A stretch of 50,371 bases of DNA, counting the filler, from Streblomastix strix (taxonomy: Eukaryota), in NCBI GenBank assembly GCA_008636045.1. It is 3 parts of 3 records of this genome, joined end to end, with 100 filler letters (N's around TTAATTAATTAA, not from the genome) between each part and the next. Parts side by side here need not be neighbours in the genome. Positions count along the whole stretch, not along the records: positions 33,680 to 50,371 come from SNRW01000774.1; 2 more parts are not named here. The stretch is one strand, 5' to 3'. Under the pieces are notes generated by a model. It searched no databases. It was not told the origin of the DNA and saw only the letters and a list, made by a program, of their open reading frames with translations. Position numbers and translations under genes: made by a program. Below, piece by piece: positions 45,890 to 50,371 of this stretch. Each line of letters starts with the position of its first letter. Positions within the stretch are counted from its first letter, which is position 1.

Positions 45890-47213
45890 TCATTACTTCT
45901 AAGCGTCCCCAGCAGCAAAAAGACTCGGGTTTATTTATGATTGGTTTCCTCCTGTGGTCTGATTCTGAACAGGTTTATTCTATCTCTCAGCTGCTTATTA
46001 TATTAGTTTTGAAGAGATTGAACTGCCACCTTATTTTGGTTTTACAGTTTAGTCTGCAGTTGTAGCTGATTCAGCTCCAGATTCAGTTGAAGGTGCTGAT
46101 TTATTTTCAGTTGTAGCTGTTCCATCAGTAGGTGCAGATATTGGCTTTTGTGGAGGTTTGGGTTTCCAAACAAAATGTTTGTATTAATTCTCTGTATCAG
46201 CTTCATAATCTTCTAATTCTTCAATAGATGCTTCATAATCATCCATATCCTTCTAAGAGCAAGGATTACCTTATTCATCAAAAGCCCAATCATCTGCAAA
46301 GTAGTAATATATTCCATCAGACCCATAGAATCCTGTTTCTGGTTATTCTTCTTCAATTTGATCTTCACCTCCTTTCTTTTCAACGCCTTCTTTCTCTTTC
46401 TCTTTGTCTTTATCTGCACTAGCTTATCCCCTCTTTCTATATTATAGAATATCAAAAAATTTATCCAATTTTTATTGGAATTTAGATTTTATTTCATCTG
46501 TGGCTCCAACAAATGTCAATTACTCGAACTGGAATAAGATATTATCATGTCTGAGTTATTTCCTTACTGATTCTGAAGCCTTAGCCAACTCTAATAATTC
46601 ATCGGTAGCTACATCAGAAATTCCCTCGTCTTCAGACTGAATAAACAAATATAATAAATAAAAATTAATATATGAGCCACACAAAAATCATTGCTTTTAG
46701 AGGAGAAGTCACAAGTCCTGTTACAGATTCTTCCTCATTAACTTTTGTTTTGGATGCTATGGCAGAAATAAGTACAGCAGCTAGGCGCTGTAACAATAAA
46801 AAAGAAAAATCTAATTTCAAGAGTCCTGTGTGAAGAACAAACCTTCACTTCCTAATTATCATCGCGCGAAGCTATCTCCCTCGCAGATCTCAGAACACCA
46901 TGATCTTTCAACTGTTCAAATGTAATTTTGCCTAAATAAATAAAATTAGTAACGAATCAAAGAGAAAAATGCAATTTATTAAAATCAAAAATATCACACT
47001 ATCCAGCGCTATTGCAATTAATCTCTTCAATATTTCTACCTAATTGGAATCTTCAGCACTAATTTTTTTGATAAGTTTATCAAGTTCATTGTCCTGTATT
47101 CGCAGATCGCGAAAAAAGTAAAAAGTCAAAATTTGATTCAAATAAGAGCAAGCCGGTGATTCTTCAATTGCTTATTCAATCACCTATGCACTCTGTTCGT
47201 TAGCAGTAGTCAT
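45890..47213 (-). CDS. Hypothetical protein: ARM/HEAT-like helical N-terminus, acidic and disordered C-terminus
   Basis: ATG 47213, three phase-consistent GT-AG introns, TGA 45892-45890; LAAVLISAIAS..PLKAMIFSEDEGISDVATDELLELA resembles a helical repeat. Confidence 0.75.
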
Positions 47214-47627
47214 GTATTAATATGCAAAGAGCTTTCTCAGTCAGGAATGTCAATTTATGGATCCCTGGACTATTAGCTTAATTAATTCTTTATTTTTCAT
47301 TTATCTAATCTATAATTATTACAAGATTTTTATTTAATAATTAATTTTCATATACATTTAAATTTTTTACCTATGCATTCTCGAGAACAAATCTCTAATA
47401 ATAATATCGAAAATACCGCTTAACGAACAGAAAATAGTACATTAAATTAATATTTTTTTAAACTACAATAAAATATGAATATTTTAATATAAAAGCAGAA
47501 CATTTAATACAGATCAAAATCAAAATAAATAACACAAAAAAAAAATCTCGAAAAATGAAATTTATTTTTTTTTACTTTGTAATTTCTCAAAATCGATGTT
47601 GAAATATTTTTATTTACAGTTTTAATT

Positions 47628-50371
47628 ATGGCTGATTATCGATCATCAGAATAATTGCCTGTTCGCTCTTATGGATAACAAACGGATATAATAAAAACAG
47701 AATCCAAAGAAACTGCAATGACAAAACGAACAGTTGAAGTTTATAAACTTGCTTAGTTTAATAATGAATATTTATTTATTTATTATAAATATAGATATAA
47801 ACAGATCCTGTTAAGCAGCCAAAACGATATGAAGAGCTTAAACTTGACAAAGATGTAGTTTCATTCCTTAATAGAGTTCTTCCCAGTATTGAACGAATGG
47901 TTCTTTCTAATTTAATGAGTCATTCTTTTTTTGGTATGATTTTGCTCTTAATATATTGTTATATACTAATAATAACTATTTTAATAGGATATTCTCCATT
48001 ATGGGAAGATGAATAACTTGATTTCAGTCTTTATACAGCATATCCACCTCCAAATAGATAAGAGTAATTAAATTCAAGAAAGAATAAGAAAAAGAAATAA
48101 ACATAGACATCCTCATCAGATAAAAAGAATAAAGATGCATTGAATGAAGATTATCCATCTCATTATGCTTCATCACCATTTGATGATTATGATAATGAAA
48201 GAAAGAGTAGAAAGGAGAAATTAAGATAGATCAGATTAGGATAAATAGATTAAGATGATTAAGATGATGATAATAATGAAGATATCGAATTGAAGACTAA
48301 AAAAGAAGATGGAACAGAATATATACAAGAGAAGCATATGCATTGTTCATCCATTTCATGGAACTGTACAGGTAGATTACTTGCAGTAAGGTGAGAATAT
48401 ATATATATATATATATATAATTGATTTCTGAATATAATTGTATTAATTTTCTATATTTAACATAGTTATGGTTAGATGGATCATGAAGGGTGGTGTTTAC
48501 ACAAGTATTATATATTAATTATTATTTCTATTATTATACTGATATATATATTTATTATTATCATTATAGAGGAGTATTGAATATATGGAGTGTATTTCAT
48601 GAAGATCTTGGAAAGAAGAAGAAATAAGATTAAGATTCATCATCTAATACTTAATATGAATAAGATCCTTAATCTTCACTATTTGCATCTCTTGATACAA
48701 CATCCTGTCTAATGTGTGCTTCATGTCATCCAGATCAACCTGCTATTTTCGCTGGAGGAACATTCTCAGGTTTATTTTGTATTTAATTCAATAATTTAAT
48801 TTAAGTATTTATTCCTATTAAGGTGAAGTATATGTTTGGGATTTGCATAATAAAGACGAACCAACTCGCCTTATATCAAATGTGGATAGGTTATATTATT
48901 CCTCTTACATATATACTATTATATTTTCAATATTGATTTTATTATTTGTTCAGAGAAACTCATAGCGAACCAATAACTGCAATTACTTGGATTAAATATG
49001 GAGTTGTATCTGTTTAATATTATGTATGAAAAAGGAGATTAATTAATACATAATAAGTTTGTATTACTCATTTTCTTTCACTTAGGTTTGTTCATTGGGA
49101 GCTGATGGATTAATATGTCTTTGGTCAACAGATAATCGTCTTATTCATCCAATCAACAGATACTCATTATTAACAACATAAATACCTTCAAGTATATCAA
49201 TTGGATAATCATTGATTACAGATGATAGAGGATGAATATAAGATCGAGAAGGTGCATCAAGAGTAAGAAGAGGATAAACTGGGATTGGAATACCTTCTGG
49301 TGGATCATCATTTGATTTCTGTGGAAGTGGTGCTTAATAACAATCTTCTAATTCATAGGGAAATGTTGGTAGTAGAATATAAGATAGTACACAGTTCTAC
49401 ATAGGAACAGACATTGGAACATGTTTCAAAGGGAATTTAACAAAGGATCCAAAATTTGGAGTTGGATTATCTATATTGAGTTTGCATTATTAAATTTTCA
49501 AAAATAATTTTTTTTCCTATTTTTATTTCTGCAGAAGCTTCAAACCCTTAATAAACTTAATAATAAACATCTTCATCTGGAACAGCAGGACAACTTCCAA
49601 CTTCTTTTCTTTTTTAGTAATTAACATCTGCTGTGAATCCAATTGTATTCACTTATTCTGAACATGTTGGTCCAGTTAACGGGGTTGATAATTATTATTA
49701 TCTTTTCTTAGAAATGAATAATTTATTAATTAAATAATTCTTATATTATTATTTTCAATCTATTTATTATCATATCAGGTTTGTGTGTGTCACAGACATC
49801 GAAATCTTTTTGCAACTGCTGGTGCAGATGGAATGCTTCATATACGCAACTCATTTATGGTATACTTATATTATTTAGCTTTATTATCAGTATAGAATTA
49901 TGAATTATTTTGTTTATTTGTGAATAGAAACAACCACCTTTATCATATGATACTGGATCACCATTATTTTGTATTTAATGGTCATAAAGGTTTATTATTT
50001 TATATTATATTTCATTTTAACTGTTTATTAATTGTTTCACTTGGGAATCAGTGCACCAAGACTTTTAGCATCTGGTAATAATAAAGGAGAATTGACTCTT
50101 TATTTGATTTCTGTGTGTTTTATTATATTATTATTTTAATCATCATTTGCTTATTTATTCCTCAGCGTGATAAAATTATTCTTCAGTCATCAATAATTCC
50201 TTGTCGTGAAGTTGGTGGATCTTCTTCATCTTCATCATCAACATTCTTCATATCAGGATTTGATAAAGCAATTCTTGCAACTGCTCCACCACCAATCTTT
50301 TCATTATCATTCAGTGCAACTTCTCCATTTATTGCTTGTGGTGATGGTTGGGGTAATGTTTATGTATTTTA
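47628..50371 (+). CDS. WDR34: Dynein-2 intermediate chain WDR34/FAP133 (WD40; 3'-partial; one in-frame TGA)
   Basis: ATG 47628; QTD light-chain-binding motifs; SISWNCTGRLLAVSYGQMDHEGWC..SCLMCASCHPDQPAIFAGGTFSGEVYVWDL..THSEPITAITW matches the WDR34/DYNC2I2 pattern; HRNLFATAGADG; many introns. Confidence 0.85.

Noticed and set aside
46635..46700. GC-AG intron donor (GCAATG) in the hypothetical gene
   Set aside because: A GT donor 12 nt further on (GTGTGG) is in phase and gives a better peptide (PLKAMIF-SEDE).

Overview
AT-rich, intron-rich eukaryotic nuclear DNA that only reads sensibly with TAA/TAG = Gln and TGA as the sole stop (translation table 6), so the supplied standard-code ORF track is largely misleading. 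The code, the ~50-200 nt AT-rich introns and the gene families (GG[AG]I/FxxC-repeat surface proteins, divergent kinases, DIRS-type RT remnants) fit the oxymonad Streblomastix strix or a relative; this is inference, not a search result. The window is three unlinked ~16.7 kb pieces joined by artificial N-TTAATTAATTAA-N spacers (1-16741, 16842-33579, 33680-50371). Piece 1: a TGA-interrupted gene fragment, a decayed DIRS-like retroelement, a MITE, a possible second non-autonomous element, an SH3-SH3-kinase-pseudokinase-SPRY gene and a partial micro-exon kinase. Piece 2: a Pmp-like beta-helix/TM/non-RD receptor kinase followed by a paralogous kinase-less terminal exon, a PHO80-like cyclin, a kinase with C2H2-like fingers and a partial low-complexity gene. 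Piece 3: a very large coiled-coil gene, a small possible GON7-like gene, an LRR-WW-zinc finger-HECT ligase, a hypothetical gene and WDR34/DYNC2I2 with one in-frame TGA. All translations and splice sites were read by hand.
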